Below are positions 64,000 to 64,000 of a DNA stretch of 64,000 nt, in pieces. Under the pieces are notes generated by a model. It saw nothing but the letters and a program-made list of their open reading frames with translations, was not told the DNA's origin and made no database searches. The DNA comes from Gammaproteobacteria bacterium (GTDB taxonomy: Bacteria > Pseudomonadota > Gammaproteobacteria > Pseudomonadales > Pseudohongiellaceae), in assembly GCA_041306975.1 (NCBI GenBank), contig JBFZEG010000161.1, positions 5,658 through 69,657 of the forward strand, given 5' to 3'. Each line of letters starts with the position of its first letter. The first letter of the stretch is position 1. A program made the translations under genes and the position numbers.

Positions 64000-64000
64000 C

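Overview
Chromosomal window from a Gammaproteobacterium. The gene order is Pseudomonadales-like; a marine Pseudohongiella/OM182-type organism is my guess, not shown by the sequence. (1) 1-9220 is accessory DNA at a tRNA-Thr(TGT) gene (9145-9220, minus). A perfect 51-bp direct repeat of the tRNA 3' half (1131-1181 and 9141-9191) brackets an 8.0-kb island. The island has no integrase but keeps arm-type repeats, an IHF-consensus site and a G-tract. Its five cargo genes all look exported: two heme-c/copper type II monooxygenase-like proteins (one with an intact ligand set, one missing the CuM ligands), two hypothetical proteins, and a Tat-exported FMN alpha-hydroxy-acid dehydrogenase with a CxxCH motif. 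That last gene is bracketed by two IS21-like miniature elements. A partial TonB-dependent receptor, absent from the ORF track, lies beyond the left att. (2) 9.5-58.7 kb is mostly housekeeping backbone: pgi, protease-RimK fusion, manB-galU-manC, fabAB, aroQ-accBC-prmA-dusB-fis-purHD, coq7-ubiB-hisIE-tatABC, dtd-typA, a heavily deleted thiI pseudogene, glnA-ntrBC with sigma54/NtrC sites, a Gld-like ABC system, a two-component system, yheS, a trypsin/PDZ protease, trmL, secB, gpmI-envC-ctpA-yibQ and hisBHAF. (3) 58.8-64 kb is a flagellar stator region: one PomA/MotA, two tandem PomB/MotB paralogs, a Sel1 protein and two hypothetical genes. Many start codons were adjusted from the ORF track to the likelier downstream start. 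No database searches were possible; family calls come from motif recognition.
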